64,000 bases of DNA from Pseudomonadota bacterium (GTDB lineage Bacteria; Desulfobacterota; Desulfobacteria; Desulfobacterales; JBDRRP01). Position 1 is the first letter of the stretch. Every line of letters starts with the position of its first letter. This document shows, piece by piece, positions 1 through 10,993 of the stretch. Below the pieces are notes generated by a model, which had not been told where the DNA came from, ran no database searches, and worked only from the letters and a program-made list of their open reading frames with translations. The position numbers were made by a program, and so were the translations under genes. The stretch is taken from NCBI GenBank assembly GCA_043825735.1, contig JBDRRP010000069.1:1-64000 (forward strand), in the 5' to 3' direction.

Positions 1-1
1 C

Positions 2-3000
2 GTGCAGGCAGGCGCGATCAGCGCGATCCTTGGCGGGGGCGTGGGTTTGACCAAGACGACCGGGGGCGCGGTGACGCTCTCCGGGGCCAACACGTACACG
101 GGCACTACGTTGGTGAGTGCGGGTACCCTGCAGCTTGCCGGGGGCTCGGCCATAGCGGACACCGGTGCGGTGAGCATCGCCAACGTCTCCGGTGCGATTC
201 TTGATTTGGGCAACAGCAGCGAGGTGATCGGCTCACTTGCCGGCGGCGGGGGCGCGGGCGGCGCGGTGACTTTGGGCAGCGGCACGCTGACCACCGGCGA
301 CGCGTCCAGCACGGCGTTTGACGGTGTGATCAGCGGCACGGGCAACATCACCAAGCAGGGGGCCGGAACGTTCACGCTTTCGGGAACCAATACTTATACC
401 GGTACCACGACGGTAAATACGGGCACCTTGGCTCTTGGCGCCAGCAACGTATTGGCAGACACCTCCTCGCTCAGTGTCAACGGCGGCACGTTCGCCATCG
501 CGGGCAACAGCGATACGGTCAATGCTGTGACACTGACCAGCGGCAGTATCACCGGCAGCGGCGGGGTGCTCAGCAGCACCACGGACATTGACGCCAGGGC
601 CGGCGGCATCAGCGCCATTTTGGGCGGCAGTGCCGGGTTGACAAAGACCACTGCGGGTACGGTGATTCTCTCCGGCGCCAATACCTATACCGGCACCACT
701 TCGGTCAATGCCGGGTCGTTGCAGTTATCGGGCGGTTCGGCCATCGCCGATGCCGGTGCAGTGAGCATTGCCGATGTGTCCGGTGCGATCCTAGATTTGA
801 ATAATACGAACGAAACCATCGGCAGCATTGCGGGCGGCGGGGCCACGGGCGGTCAAGTGACCCTGGGCAGCGCTACAATGACCACAGGAAATGCCGCCAG
901 CACCGTTTTTGCGGGTGTGGTCAGCGGCACCGGTGGGCTGACCAAGCAGGGGGCAGGAACGTTCACGCTTTCGGGCGCCAACACCTATACGGGGTTGACG
1001 ACTGTGAACGCCGGCACGTTGCGGCTTTCCGGCGGCGCTGCCATCGCGGACACCGGAGCGGTGAGCATCGCCAACGCAGCTACCGCAGTCTTGGATCTGA
1101 ACAACGCGGCCGAAACCATTGGCAGCCTCGCAGGTGGTGGCGGCAGCGGCGGAGCGGTGACATTGGGCAGCGGCACACTGACCACAGGTGACGGCAGCAA
1201 TACGACGTTTGCAGGTATCATCAGCGGGACGGGCGGATTGACCAAACAGGGCGGCGGCATATTCACGCTGTCCGGGGCCAACACCCACTCGGGCGCCACC
1301 ACAATCAATGCCGGAACGCTGCAGCTTTCCGGTGGATCGGCCATCGCGGACACCGGTGCGGTGAGCATCGCCAATGTGTCCGGTGCGATCCTGGATTTGA
1401 ACGGCACCGCAGAGACCATCGGCAGCTTGGCCGGCGGCGGGGGCACCGGCGGCGCAGTCGCATTGGGCGGCGGCGCACTGACCACCGGGGATACCACCGA
1501 TACGACCTTTGCCGGTGTGATCGGCGGTGCGGGTACGCTGACCAAGCAGGGTACGGGGAAGTTTACCGTGTCCGGGGTCAACATCTACACAGGCCTGACC
1601 ACGGTCAATGCCGGCACTCTGGCGGTGACCAACGCTGCGGGTCTCGGAACGACCGCAGCCGGCACCACCGTCGCCTCTGGGGGGACGTTGCAACTGGCCG
1701 GCGTGGCCGTCGGGGCTGAGGCCATCGGCATCAGCGGCACCGGGGCTGGCGGAACCGGGGCGCTTTTGGGCAGCGGCGCGAGTTCGCTGGCCGGACCGGT
1801 GTCTTTAAATGGCGGGGCCACCATCGGCGTCACCAACGGCAGCGCCCTGACACTCACCGGCGCTGTCACCGGCGCACAGGCGCTGACCGTCACCGCCGGC
1901 ACCGGCGCCATCGACTTCCAGGCCGCCATCGGCACCATCGGAACGCCGCTCTCGAATTTTACCGTAACCAGCGCCGGGCAGATTGATCTTGCCAATGTCT
2001 TTGCCAATGACATCGCCGTCACGGCCACCGGCATCGATCTCAACGGGACCACGTATACCGCCGCCACCGACGACATCCGGTTCACCGGCACCGTCGACCT
2101 GGACAACGGCGGCACGATTGCCCTGTCCACCGCCGGCGGTGCGGGAGATGTCATCCAGTTTGACGGCGCCGTTTCCGGCGGCAGCGCCTTGGCTCTGAGC
2201 AGCGCCGACACGGTTACCATCAATGGCGACGTCTCAGCGACCAGCATCAGCATCCAGAACGTGACCACCGCGGTTGTTCTGGGCGCCAACGCCGATCTTA
2301 CTGCCCAAGCCGGTACCCTGGAGATCTGGAACGGTGTTACCGCCATCCAGTTGTCCGGCGCGGCTGGAACTACCAACATCATTGACGGCAACGGCGATGC
2401 ATTGGTCAGACTCGCGGCCATCACCGGCAGCAACAACGCCAACCTCACCATCAATTCAGAGGGCGATTTGACCCTGGATACCGTGAGCCTTGCCGGCGGG
2501 GCCTTCGCGGCCACCGTTGACAACAACGCCACCGGCATCAATACCCTTTTTGCCAATTCGATCTCGGCCAACGCTGTGACGCTGAGCGGCGGCGGTGGCA
2601 ACGATATCATCGACGTCGGGAGCATCACCACCAACGGCAGCGACCTCGTTTTCAACAATCCGGTGATTCTCACCCGCAACACGAGTTACAGCACCGGTCT
2701 GTCAGGCGGGAATATCCAGTTCAATTCAACAGTGAACGACGATGCCGGTGCCAGCGACTGGCTGCTGAGCCTCACGGCCGGCACTGGAAACGTTTCCTTT
2801 GGGTCCACTGTGGGCAATACCACCGCGCTTCGCGGTCTTACGGTGTCTTCGGCCAATACCGTAACCACCGCGGGCACGATGGCTCTTGACGCGCAGGGGC
2901 TGGACGTCACCGCCGCTGCAATAACCCTCGGCGGCAACATCACAACGGCGAACAGCACGGCGGCTTTGAGAGGGGCCGTTACCCTGACCGGCAATGTGAC

Positions 3001-6000
3001 CATCGATACCATCGGGTCCACCGGCGGCGACATCCTGTTTACTTCCACGGTGAACACCGGCGGCAACATCCTTACCGTTGACGCCGGTGCTGCCGGCAAT
3101 ATCACGCTCTCCGGCAACACCAGCGGCGGGGGATCGCTGATTGCCGTGGACGGCGCCACCCAGTCCTACGCCGGCGTTACCGTGGGCACATTTACCATCC
3201 AGGACGCCACCACTGCCGTCAATCTGACCGGCACCGTGGCGGTGACTGGTGCTGCCAGCATCACCAGCGGCGGCACCATCAACCAGACCGGTGCGGTGAC
3301 CGGGGCCACCAACCTTTCCTACACGGCCTCCGGTGCCATCACGCAGAGCGGCGCCATCAGCGGTGTGGGCAACCTGACCTATCTCGGTGGCGCCACGATC
3401 GGGATCAACAACAGCATCAGTACTTCCGGGACCGTCGAAATCGACAGCACCGGTGTGACGACCATCGCTGCCGCAGGCGATATTTCGGCCGGCGGAAACG
3501 TGGCTATCGGCGCCAACCGGACCGGAACACTCACGACCGGCGGCGATATCACCACAACCAACGACACCGTTAGACTCTATCGAGACGTCACGCTGAGCGG
3601 TCCCGTGTCGGTGGATACCGGCGGCGCAGCCATCCGTTTTGACGGTGCCGTAGCCAGCGGCGCAAAATCCCTGACCCTGAATGCGGGCGCGACCGGGGAT
3701 ATCACCCTGACCGGCGCATTCACCGGTGGCGGCAACCTGACCGCGGTCGACGGCAATGCCCAGAGCTACGCAGCGCTGACCGTGGGCGCCCTGACCATTC
3801 AGGACGCCACCGCCAGTGTGACCTTTGGTGGTGCGGTTTCCGCGGCTTCGAATGTCTCCGTCACTAGTGACGGCACCATCGGCGTGAACAACGCCGTCAC
3901 CGCCGGGGGCACGGTTTCCTTGGATTCAGCAGGCACCACGACCATCGCCGCCTCAGGCGACATCAACGCCGGCGGCGTGGTGACGTTCGGTGCGACGAAA
4001 GCCGGCGGTTTATCGACGGCCGGAGACATCGTCACATCCGATGATGCCGTCTTTTTCAACAATGCAGTGACCCTGAGCGGCCCAGTAGATATCGATACCG
4101 GGACCGCCGGCGGCGACATCCGTTTTGCTTCAACCATCAATACGGCCTTGGCGACCAATTCGCTCAGCCTGGATGCGGGCAGCGCCGGCGACATTACCAT
4201 CACCGGGGCGCTGACCGGCGGCGGAGATCTCACTGTCCGCGACGGCAACGTGCAGCAGTATGCGGCCATGACAATTGGGGCGCTGTCCGTCCTGGATGCA
4301 ACAACGGGTGTGACTTTCGGCGGCGACATTTCGGCCACCGGCGCCATTGGCGTGAACAGCGGCGGGTCTATTACACAGAGCGGCGCCGTTACCAACGCGA
4401 CGAATCTGGCCTACACCGCCGGTTCTTTCATTGCGGTAAGTAACGCCGTCAACGTGGGCGGCACGGTGAATATGGATAGCGGTCTGACGACGTCGTTGGC
4501 CGCCGCCGGTGATATTACTGCCGGCGGTATTGTCACCTTCGGTCTAACTGGTGCCGGCAAACTCTCCACAGCAGGGGACATCGACACTGCCAACGCGAAC
4601 GTCCGTTTTGTCCGTGCCGTCACTCTGGACGGAGCGGTGGATATCGATACCGGAACAACCGGCGGCGATATTACTTTCAGTGCCACCATCGATTCGGCCG
4701 CCAACACACTCAGCCTTGACGCTGGGACCGCGGGCGCCATCGTGTTGAACGGCGCCTTGTCCGGCGGCGGCGACCTGACGGTACGAGACGGCAACACGCA
4801 AAGTTATGTCGCCCTGGGCGTCGCCAACCTAAATATTCTCGAAGCCACGACCAGTGTGACCTTTAATGGGAATGTGGCGGCCACGGGGGCTGTCAGCGTA
4901 ACCAGCGGCGGCACCATTAACCTGAACAACAGCATCACCAGTGCGGGCACGGTCACCATTGACAGTGCCGGGATTACCACCCTCGCCAGCGGCGGCGATA
5001 TCCTTTCCGGGGGAGATGTCAGTTTTGGCGCCACGCGCAGTGGCGCCCTGGTGAGTGCTGCAGATATCCGTACCTCCGATGACGCCGTATCCTTCAACCG
5101 GGCGGTGACCCTCACCGGCGGTGTTGACGTCGATACCGGGTCAACCGGAGGCCATATCAATTTTGCCTCAACCGTAGCCACAGGCGGCAACACTTTGAAC
5201 CTGGACGCCGGTACCTCGGGCAACATAACCATCAGCGGTGCCCTTTCCGGAGGCGGCGATCTTACCGTCGTGGACGGGAACACTCAGCAGTATGCTGCGC
5301 TTACCGTCGGTGCCCTGAATATCCAGGATGCTTCTTCAAGCGTGACATTCGGTGGGGACATTGCAGCGGCCTCCAGTGTCACCGCCAACAGCGGCGGCAG
5401 CATCGTCCAAAACGGCGCCGTCACTTCGACAACCGCACTCTCTTACACGGCCGGTTCGACCATTGGCGTGAACAACGCCATCACCGCCAGCGGACCGGTT
5501 TCCATGGATGCCGTGGGCACTACCACCATTGCCGCACTGGGGAATATCTCTGCCGGTGATGCGGTGACTTTCGGTGCGACGCGCTCAGGCGTTCTTGTTA
5601 CGGCCGGCGACATTCTGACCTCTAACGATGTCGTGACCTTTACCCGCGGCGTGACTCTGACCGATGCAGTAGATATCGACAGCGGTGCCACCGGTGCCGA
5701 TATCCGTTTCGACAGTACTGTCGCGACGGCCGGATTCGCGCTCAGTCTTGACGCCGGCAGCACCGGGGACATCACCGTCGGCGGCGCCATGACCGGTGGC
5801 GGAAATCTTACCGTGCGTGATGCCGACGTTCAGCAGTACAACTCCCTGACAGTGGGGGCGCTTTCAATTCTGAACGCAGCGACCAGTGTGACCTTTGGTG
5901 GAAACATCGCTGCCACTGGAACCATTGGTGTGGCGAGCGCAGGGTCCATCAGCCAGAATGCCGCGGTGACCAGTGGCGCGGCACTGGCCTACACGGCCGG

Positions 6001-7573
6001 AACGACCATCGGCGTGAGCAACCCCATCACGGTGAGCGGGCCGGTGTCCATGGACAGCACCGGGTTGACGACCCTGACATCGACGGCTGATATTTCCGCC
6101 GGCGGTCTGGTCACTTTCGGAGGCACCGGTGTCGGCCAATTGTTTACCGCCGGAGATATTCTGACCGCTGATGGTACGGTGACATTTAACCGGGCCGTGA
6201 ACCTGAGCGGCAACGTGGGAATCGATACGACGGGGCTTGCCGCCGGTGACATCCTCTTTAATGCGGCCATCGCCAGCGGCGGCAACGCACTGACACTGGA
6301 CGCCGGTCCGGTCGGAAACATCGCGTTGGGCGGTGTTCTGTCCGGTGGCGGCAATCTTACCGTCGTGGACGGCAGCGTGCAGAATTATGCAACGATGACC
6401 GTCGGTGCCTTCACGATACAGGATGCCACTACCAGCGTGACCCTGAATGGTAATATCACCGCCAGCGGCGCCATTTCACTCGCCAGCGGCGGGACGATTC
6501 GTCAAATCGGGACAGTGACCCAGGGCGCCAGCCTCAATTATTCCGCAAACACCGGTGCTGTTGACGTCGACAACGCCATCCAGCAGATCAGTGGGAACGT
6601 GACGATCGCTTCTGCCGGTAGCAATGTCAATATCACCAACAACGCATTGATTCAGATCACCGGGGGCGGCAGCGCGAATCTTCAGGCCGGCGGCGGGGCA
6701 TTGACAATGCAAAACGGTACTTCGGTGACCGCAACATCGGGCAGTATTTCACTGATTGCCGGTGGCGGGAACCTCACCCTCAGCACGGTAACTACGAACA
6801 GCGGATCCGTTGGGATTACCAGCGCCGGGCTGATCATCGACGCTGATGGCGGAGCCGGCAGTGATGTCGTTGCCCCGTCGGGCACGCTGACCCTTGCGTC
6901 TGCCGGCGCTATCGGCGGCATCGAGACCCAGGTCGCTGCGATCAACGGTTCAACATCCGGCGCCGGTGATGTGGTGATCACTGAAAGTGACGCGCTGAAC
7001 TTGAATTTTTCGACCGCGGCCGGAGATCTCACGGTGAATACCGTCAGTGGTGCTTTAACGTTGGGCACTGTCAACACCCCCGGACGGGCCACGAATCTTA
7101 ATATCGTTGGTGCCATCAACGGCGGCTCTTTCAACGGTAATAGTGCCAACATCACGGCTCATACCGTGGGGTTGGGATCCGTTACTCTGGCAAATACCAG
7201 TACCCTTAAGATGACGCTTTCACAGGCGCCCGGCGGTTCTTCGGGCGATCTGGATCGAGGGGCGGCGCTGGTCACGCCGCCGCCGAAAGCAGACATCATC
7301 GCCCCTGGTACGGTGCGCATCGGAAGCCTGTACTACCTGCCGACGGAAGAGGATGTGGCCGGTGTTCTCTCCAGCCTCTCCACGCTTTCTACCGAGCAGG
7401 AAAAGATCGAGGAACTGTTATCGCGCACAACGGCCGCGGAGTTTTTCATGACAGCGCCGCTGGAGATCTATATCGATCTGCAGGATGAAGAGGAAGACGA
7501 TGAATTAAAAAAGAAGAAAAAGGGGAAAAAAGAGGAAACACAGGAGAAAGAAAGTCTTGAGCAAACCTTTTAA
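2..7573 (+). CDS. Giant Gly/Thr/Ala-rich repeat adhesin (autotransporter-associated beta-strand repeats / haemagglutinin-like), 5'-partial
   Basis: Frame is open from the window edge. Repeated LTKxGxGTxTLSGANTYTGxTxVNAGTL passenger-type repeats are followed by longer tandem repeats. The C-terminus is charged, with no beta-barrel visible. Confidence 0.85.
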   Translation: MQAGAISAILGGGVGLTKTTGGAVTLSGANTYTGTTLVSAGTLQLAGGSAIADTGAVSIANVSGAILDLGNSSEVIGSLAGGGGAGGAVTLGSGTLTTGDASSTAFDGVISGTGNITKQGAGTFTLSGTNTYTGTTTVNTGTLALGASNVLADTSSLSVNGGTFAIAGNSDTVNAVTLTSGSITGSGGVLSSTTDIDARAGGISAILGGSAGLTKTTAGTVILSGANTYTGTTSVNAGSLQLSGGSAIADAGAVSIADVSGAILDLNNTNETIGSIAGGGATGGQVTLGSATMTTGNAASTVFAGVVSGTGGLTKQGAGTFTLSGANTYTGLTTVNAGTLRLSGGAAIADTGAVSIANAATAVLDLNNAAETIGSLAGGGGSGGAVTLGSGTLTTGDGSNTTFAGIISGTGGLTKQGGGIFTLSGANTHSGATTINAGTLQLSGGSAIADTGAVSIANVSGAILDLNGTAETIGSLAGGGGTGGAVALGGGALTTGDTTDTTFAGVIGGAGTLTKQGTGKFTVSGVNIYTGLTTVNAGTLAVTNAAGLGTTAAGTTVASGGTLQLAGVAVGAEAIGISGTGAGGTGALLGSGASSLAGPVSLNGGATIGVTNGSALTLTGAVTGAQALTVTAGTGAIDFQAAIGTIGTPLSNFTVTSAGQIDLANVFANDIAVTATGIDLNGTTYTAATDDIRFTGTVDLDNGGTIALSTAGGAGDVIQFDGAVSGGSALALSSADTVTINGDVSATSISIQNVTTAVVLGANADLTAQAGTLEIWNGVTAIQLSGAAGTTNIIDGNGDALVRLAAITGSNNANLTINSEGDLTLDTVSLAGGAFAATVDNNATGINTLFANSISANAVTLSGGGGNDIIDVGSITTNGSDLVFNNPVILTRNTSYSTGLSGGNIQFNSTVNDDAGASDWLLSLTAGTGNVSFGSTVGNTTALRGLTVSSANTVTTAGTMALDAQGLDVTAAAITLGGNITTANSTAALRGAVTLTGNVTIDTIGSTGGDILFTSTVNTGGNILTVDAGAAGNITLSGNTSGGGSLIAVDGATQSYAGVTVGTFTIQDATTAVNLTGTVAVTGAASITSGGTINQTGAVTGATNLSYTASGAITQSGAISGVGNLTYLGGATIGINNSISTSGTVEIDSTGVTTIAAAGDISAGGNVAIGANRTGTLTTGGDITTTNDTVRLYRDVTLSGPVSVDTGGAAIRFDGAVASGAKSLTLNAGATGDITLTGAFTGGGNLTAVDGNAQSYAALTVGALTIQDATASVTFGGAVSAASNVSVTSDGTIGVNNAVTAGGTVSLDSAGTTTIAASGDINAGGVVTFGATKAGGLSTAGDIVTSDDAVFFNNAVTLSGPVDIDTGTAGGDIRFASTINTALATNSLSLDAGSAGDITITGALTGGGDLTVRDGNVQQYAAMTIGALSVLDATTGVTFGGDISATGAIGVNSGGSITQSGAVTNATNLAYTAGSFIAVSNAVNVGGTVNMDSGLTTSLAAAGDITAGGIVTFGLTGAGKLSTAGDIDTANANVRFVRAVTLDGAVDIDTGTTGGDITFSATIDSAANTLSLDAGTAGAIVLNGALSGGGDLTVRDGNTQSYVALGVANLNILEATTSVTFNGNVAATGAVSVTSGGTINLNNSITSAGTVTIDSAGITTLASGGDILSGGDVSFGATRSGALVSAADIRTSDDAVSFNRAVTLTGGVDVDTGSTGGHINFASTVATGGNTLNLDAGTSGNITISGALSGGGDLTVVDGNTQQYAALTVGALNIQDASSSVTFGGDIAAASSVTANSGGSIVQNGAVTSTTALSYTAGSTIGVNNAITASGPVSMDAVGTTTIAALGNISAGDAVTFGATRSGVLVTAGDILTSNDVVTFTRGVTLTDAVDIDSGATGADIRFDSTVATAGFALSLDAGSTGDITVGGAMTGGGNLTVRDADVQQYNSLTVGALSILNAATSVTFGGNIAATGTIGVASAGSISQNAAVTSGAALAYTAGTTIGVSNPITVSGPVSMDSTGLTTLTSTADISAGGLVTFGGTGVGQLFTAGDILTADGTVTFNRAVNLSGNVGIDTTGLAAGDILFNAAIASGGNALTLDAGPVGNIALGGVLSGGGNLTVVDGSVQNYATMTVGAFTIQDATTSVTLNGNITASGAISLASGGTIRQIGTVTQGASLNYSANTGAVDVDNAIQQISGNVTIASAGSNVNITNNALIQITGGGSANLQAGGGALTMQNGTSVTATSGSISLIAGGGNLTLSTVTTNSGSVGITSAGLIIDADGGAGSDVVAPSGTLTLASAGAIGGIETQVAAINGSTSGAGDVVITESDALNLNFSTAAGDLTVNTVSGALTLGTVNTPGRATNLNIVGAINGGSFNGNSANITAHTVGLGSVTLANTSTLKMTLSQAPGGSSGDLDRGAALVTPPPKADIIAPGTVRIGSLYYLPTEEDVAGVLSSLSTLSTEQEKIEELLSRTTAAEFFMTAPLEIYIDLQDEEEDDELKKKKKGKKEETQEKESLEQTF

Positions 7574-7658
7574 TGCGATTACCATTTTTTTATATCAAAG
7601 ACGGTATTTCAATAATGGGTTTTCCATTACCCGACATCTTTAGGAAAAGCGAGGACGC

Positions 7659-8165
7659 ATGAAGAGAAAACTGGGGCTTCTGAGCATGGTGGTGGTGTTG
7701 GCATGGGCGATGGGGGCAGGGTCGGCGCTGGCCAAGGTGGGCTACATCAATCTGCAACGGCTTGTCAACGAATCGGAAATGGGCAAGGATGCCCGGACAG
7801 ATATCGCCAAGCTGCGGGAGAACAAAGAAAAATCCGTGGCCAAGATGCAAAAAGAAATCACCAATCTTCGTGACGAGATCAACAAAAACACCCAAATGAA
7901 AGCCGATGAGCGCCAGAAGAAGGCCGAGGAACTTCAAAAGCTCTACAAGGAATACCAGCGCCTGGTGCAGGACGCCAAGGATGACATCGCTCGGGAAGAC
8001 CGTCAGTTGGTTCAGATCATCCTCGAAAAAGCGGACGGGATGCTCAAAACCGTGGCCAAGAAAAAGGGCTACACCATCATCCTTAAGGATCCCAATGCTG
8101 TCGGTTACCTGGATCCGTCCGTGGATATCACCGACGACATCCTCAAGGAACTCGATAAAAAGTAA
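7659..8165 (+). CDS. skp: OmpH/Skp family periplasmic chaperone
   Basis: Signal peptide, KVGYINLQRLV start, coiled coil, VAKKKGYTIIL...DITDDILKEL end; GAGGA RBS. Confidence 0.9.
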   Translation: MKRKLGLLSMVVVLAWAMGAGSALAKVGYINLQRLVNESEMGKDARTDIAKLRENKEKSVAKMQKEITNLRDEINKNTQMKADERQKKAEELQKLYKEYQRLVQDAKDDIAREDRQLVQIILEKADGMLKTVAKKKGYTIILKDPNAVGYLDPSVDITDDILKELDKK

Positions 8166-8182
8166 TTACATCCTCGCCACAC

Positions 8183-8223
8183 TAAAAAAAAGCGGCCTGC
8201 TCCCGTTCTAGAGCAGGCCGCTT
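8183..8223. terminator. Intrinsic terminator between convergent genes
   Basis: AAAAAAA-GCGGCCTGCTC...GAGCAGGCCGC hairpin. Confidence 0.7.
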
Positions 8224-8233
8224 GGTATTTAAG

Positions 8234-10174
8234 CTATTTAAGGCCTTCGATTGGGAACGGCGCGGCGCAGCGGAATCCGAAAAGATACATCGACCGGTTG
8301 GGCGGGTATCGGTCCCGGTTGGCCGAGCGCAGGCTTTCCATCCCTTCGACGAAGGATCCACCCTTGACGACTTTTTCATCCCCTTTGGCAGGTCCGCTGG
8401 GGTTTTTGACGGCCCGCTGCCCTTCGGCGTACCAGTCTTTCATCCACTGGTATACATTGCCGGCGGCATCGAACATGCCGTAAGCGCTTTGTCCCTTGTC
8501 AAACATATCCACCGGTGTCGGGCCTGGATGGTAATTGTCGAAATTGGCCAAGGTGTCATCAGGCTCGTTGCTGCCCCAGGGATACTCATTGCCATCGGGC
8601 CCTCTGGCCGATTTCTCCCACTGGGCTTCGGTGGGAAGCGTCTTTTTGGCCCATTCACAGTAGCTTCGCGCATCGTTTTGGGATACCTGGCTGACCGGCG
8701 TGTTGCCTTTCCCCTCCTGGGCGGTAATGCCGTCGGGCATCTTCCAGGTGGCGACATCGACCTTTTTAAAACGCCGGCCAATTCGGACAAGACCGCCGCC
8801 GTCTTTTTCCGCATTGGTCTTGTAACCCGTAGCGGTGATGAATTTTTGAAACTGGGCGTTGGTGACAAGGTATTTATCGATGTAAAAATCATCCAGAAAA
8901 ATCTTCTGAATCGGTTTTTCTGCAGAGTACCGATCCGAGCCCATGGTGAACTCGCCGGCCGGCACATGGATCATGGCACTGGCGTCCGCGGGGTGTTTGA
9001 TTTCGAAAAAGCCTTTACTGTTTTTGACGCCGACTTTGTCAGCGGCCTGCGTTGCCTGCTTATTTTGCCCGGGCGCCCCGGCGGTGGATTCAGTCGTGCT
9101 TGCCGTTTGAGAGGGTTTCATCATAAAGAAACCGCCGACGCCGCCGGCGATGAGCAGTGCCGCCACTGCGCCGATAATCATGCCCATGGGGGGTTTCTTT
9201 TTAACGGGCGCATCCACGGCAGGGGCGTCTGCTGCTGCCGCCGGCGCCTCGGCGGGTGCCGAAAGCGGCATGGCCTCGCCCGCGGTCATGGTTTTATCGG
9301 CAAGGGGGGTACCGATAAGGGTGGCGTCTTCATCGTCGAAGACCATTGTCGCATCGTCAAGCGCCGCCTGATCAATGGTCATCGCTTTGGCAAATTCGCG
9401 AAAGTTGGGAAAGCGGTCTTCCGGGGCTTTTTCAAGCGCCTGGGAGATCGCATCACTGATCTGTTTCGGGAGATTCGGGGAGAACGAAGTGGGCAGCTCC
9501 GGAATCTCATTGAGATGGGCAAACATGATCTGGGACGTCTCGGTGGCGTCGAAAGGCCGGCGCCCTGCGAACATTTCGTAAAACACCAGGGCAAGGGAAT
9601 AGATATCCGAGCGGGCGTCGATCTCCCGGTTTTTGTCGAAACGCTCCGGCGGCACGTAGTGAATCGACAGCATGCTGGCGGCCGTGTCGTGGGAGGCCGT
9701 CGACGACATCTTGGCGATACCGAAATCCATGATTTTGGCGTTGCCGTTGGTGTCGATGATGATGTTGCCAGGTTTGATGTCCCTGTGCAGGATGCCGTTG
9801 TCGTTGGCGTACTGGAATGCCTCAAGTGCCTGGTGGGCGATTTTGTAGGCCTGGTCGAAGGGCAGGGGACCGTTGTGCTGCTGGAGGATTTTTTTTAGTT
9901 CGGTCCCTTCCACGTACTCCATGACGATGGCGTAATTGTCGCCGTCGGGGAAAAACTCCATCAGTTTGGTGATGTTGGGGTGATCCAGTTTGGCGAGGAT
10001 CATCGCTTCATGGAAGAACTTTTTGACCACACGCTGATTGTCCAATGCCTGTGGGTTGAGCAGCTTCATGGCGACCAATTCGCCGGTATCGGACTTGGCT
10101 TTCCACACGCTGCCAAAGCCGCCTTTTCCCAGCGAAGAGATAATTTCGTAGTCACCCACATGTGAACCGATCAT
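8234..10174 (-). CDS. Hanks-type Ser/Thr kinase with TM helix and C-terminal FGE-sulfatase (SUMF1-like) domain
   Basis: GKGGFG, VAMK, HRDIKPGN, DFG, DIYSL; TM helix; VPAGEFTMGS, LPTEAQWEKSARG, GFRC. Confidence 0.92.
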   Translation of the reverse strand: MIGSHVGDYEIISSLGKGGFGSVWKAKSDTGELVAMKLLNPQALDNQRVVKKFFHEAMILAKLDHPNITKLMEFFPDGDNYAIVMEYVEGTELKKILQQHNGPLPFDQAYKIAHQALEAFQYANDNGILHRDIKPGNIIIDTNGNAKIMDFGIAKMSSTASHDTAASMLSIHYVPPERFDKNREIDARSDIYSLALVFYEMFAGRRPFDATETSQIMFAHLNEIPELPTSFSPNLPKQISDAISQALEKAPEDRFPNFREFAKAMTIDQAALDDATMVFDDEDATLIGTPLADKTMTAGEAMPLSAPAEAPAAAADAPAVDAPVKKKPPMGMIIGAVAALLIAGGVGGFFMMKPSQTASTTESTAGAPGQNKQATQAADKVGVKNSKGFFEIKHPADASAMIHVPAGEFTMGSDRYSAEKPIQKIFLDDFYIDKYLVTNAQFQKFITATGYKTNAEKDGGGLVRIGRRFKKVDVATWKMPDGITAQEGKGNTPVSQVSQNDARSYCEWAKKTLPTEAQWEKSARGPDGNEYPWGSNEPDDTLANFDNYHPGPTPVDMFDKGQSAYGMFDAAGNVYQWMKDWYAEGQRAVKNPSGPAKGDEKVVKGGSFVEGMESLRSANRDRYPPNRSMYLFGFRCAAPFPIEGLK

Positions 10175-10203
10175 TAAGCTACCTTTCGTGCTACAGCCCG
10201 AAG

Positions 10204-10980
10204 CTAAAAAAGACGTGCCAGAATGCCGGTGCCGTCGATCCTGGCTACGATTACCGTAATATTATCCGGCCCGCCGTTATGGTTGGCTTGTTCAACGAGG
10301 TTGTCGCAGATCAATGAAGGCTCTTTGAGCCGCTGGATGGTCTCCAGCATCTGGCCGTCTGTCACTGTTTCCCACAGTCCGTCACAGCAGATGAGCAGAT
10401 AGTCGCCTTTACCCACCGTCATGGGTTCCTTGTTGGTGCTGGCCTCCACGGTTTCCTGGAGCCCGATGGCCCGGGTGATAATGTGCTTGTCCGGATGATC
10501 GAGCGCCTCCTCTGCCGAGATGACGCCGGCTTTTACGAGACTGGCCACAAGACTGTGATCTTCAGTGAGTTGACTGATCTGCCCCTGGGATATCCGGTAT
10601 CCCCGGCTGTCGCCAACGTGCGCGACGTGCAGCGCTTTGTCCTTGATCGCCATGACGGCAAGGGTGCATCCCATTCCGAACAGCGCCGGATCGTTCGCCG
10701 ATTTTTCAAAAATGGCCGTATTGGCCGCTGCGAACCCCTCTGCCAGCGCCTGAGGGATCGTCGGCGCCGCGCTTTTATAATATGTCTCAAAGAGAACATC
10801 AACCGCTGTTCTGGCGGCGATGGAGCCACCCCGGTGTCCCCCCATGCCATCGGCCAGTGCGATCAGGGATCCGAATTTGTGGCGTTTGCCTTTCTCCGGT
10901 GGGTAGAAGAAATGGTAATCCTGGTTCTCTTTTTTAACGCGGCCCTGGTCTGTGGCCGATCCGATGGTAAGCCAACTCAT
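10204..10980 (-). CDS. PP2C/Stp1 family Ser/Thr phosphatase
   Basis: ADGMGGH, HVGDSR, DHS, CCDGL, DNIT. Start set at ATG 10980 behind a GGGAG RBS. Confidence 0.92.
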   Translation of the reverse strand: MSWLTIGSATDQGRVKKENQDYHFFYPPEKGKRHKFGSLIALADGMGGHRGGSIAARTAVDVLFETYYKSAAPTIPQALAEGFAAANTAIFEKSANDPALFGMGCTLAVMAIKDKALHVAHVGDSRGYRISQGQISQLTEDHSLVASLVKAGVISAEEALDHPDKHIITRAIGLQETVEASTNKEPMTVGKGDYLLICCDGLWETVTDGQMLETIQRLKEPSLICDNLVEQANHNGGPDNITVIVARIDGTGILARLF

Positions 10981-10993
10981 GAGTGCTCCCCGA

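Noticed and set aside
394..7155. Many long minus-strand ORFs opposite the adhesin
   Set aside because: Antisense shadows of a GC-rich repetitive gene.
8222..9898. 558-aa plus-strand ORF (likewise 25448-27007 and 15101-16120)
   Set aside because: Fully antisense to well-supported genes and without motifs.
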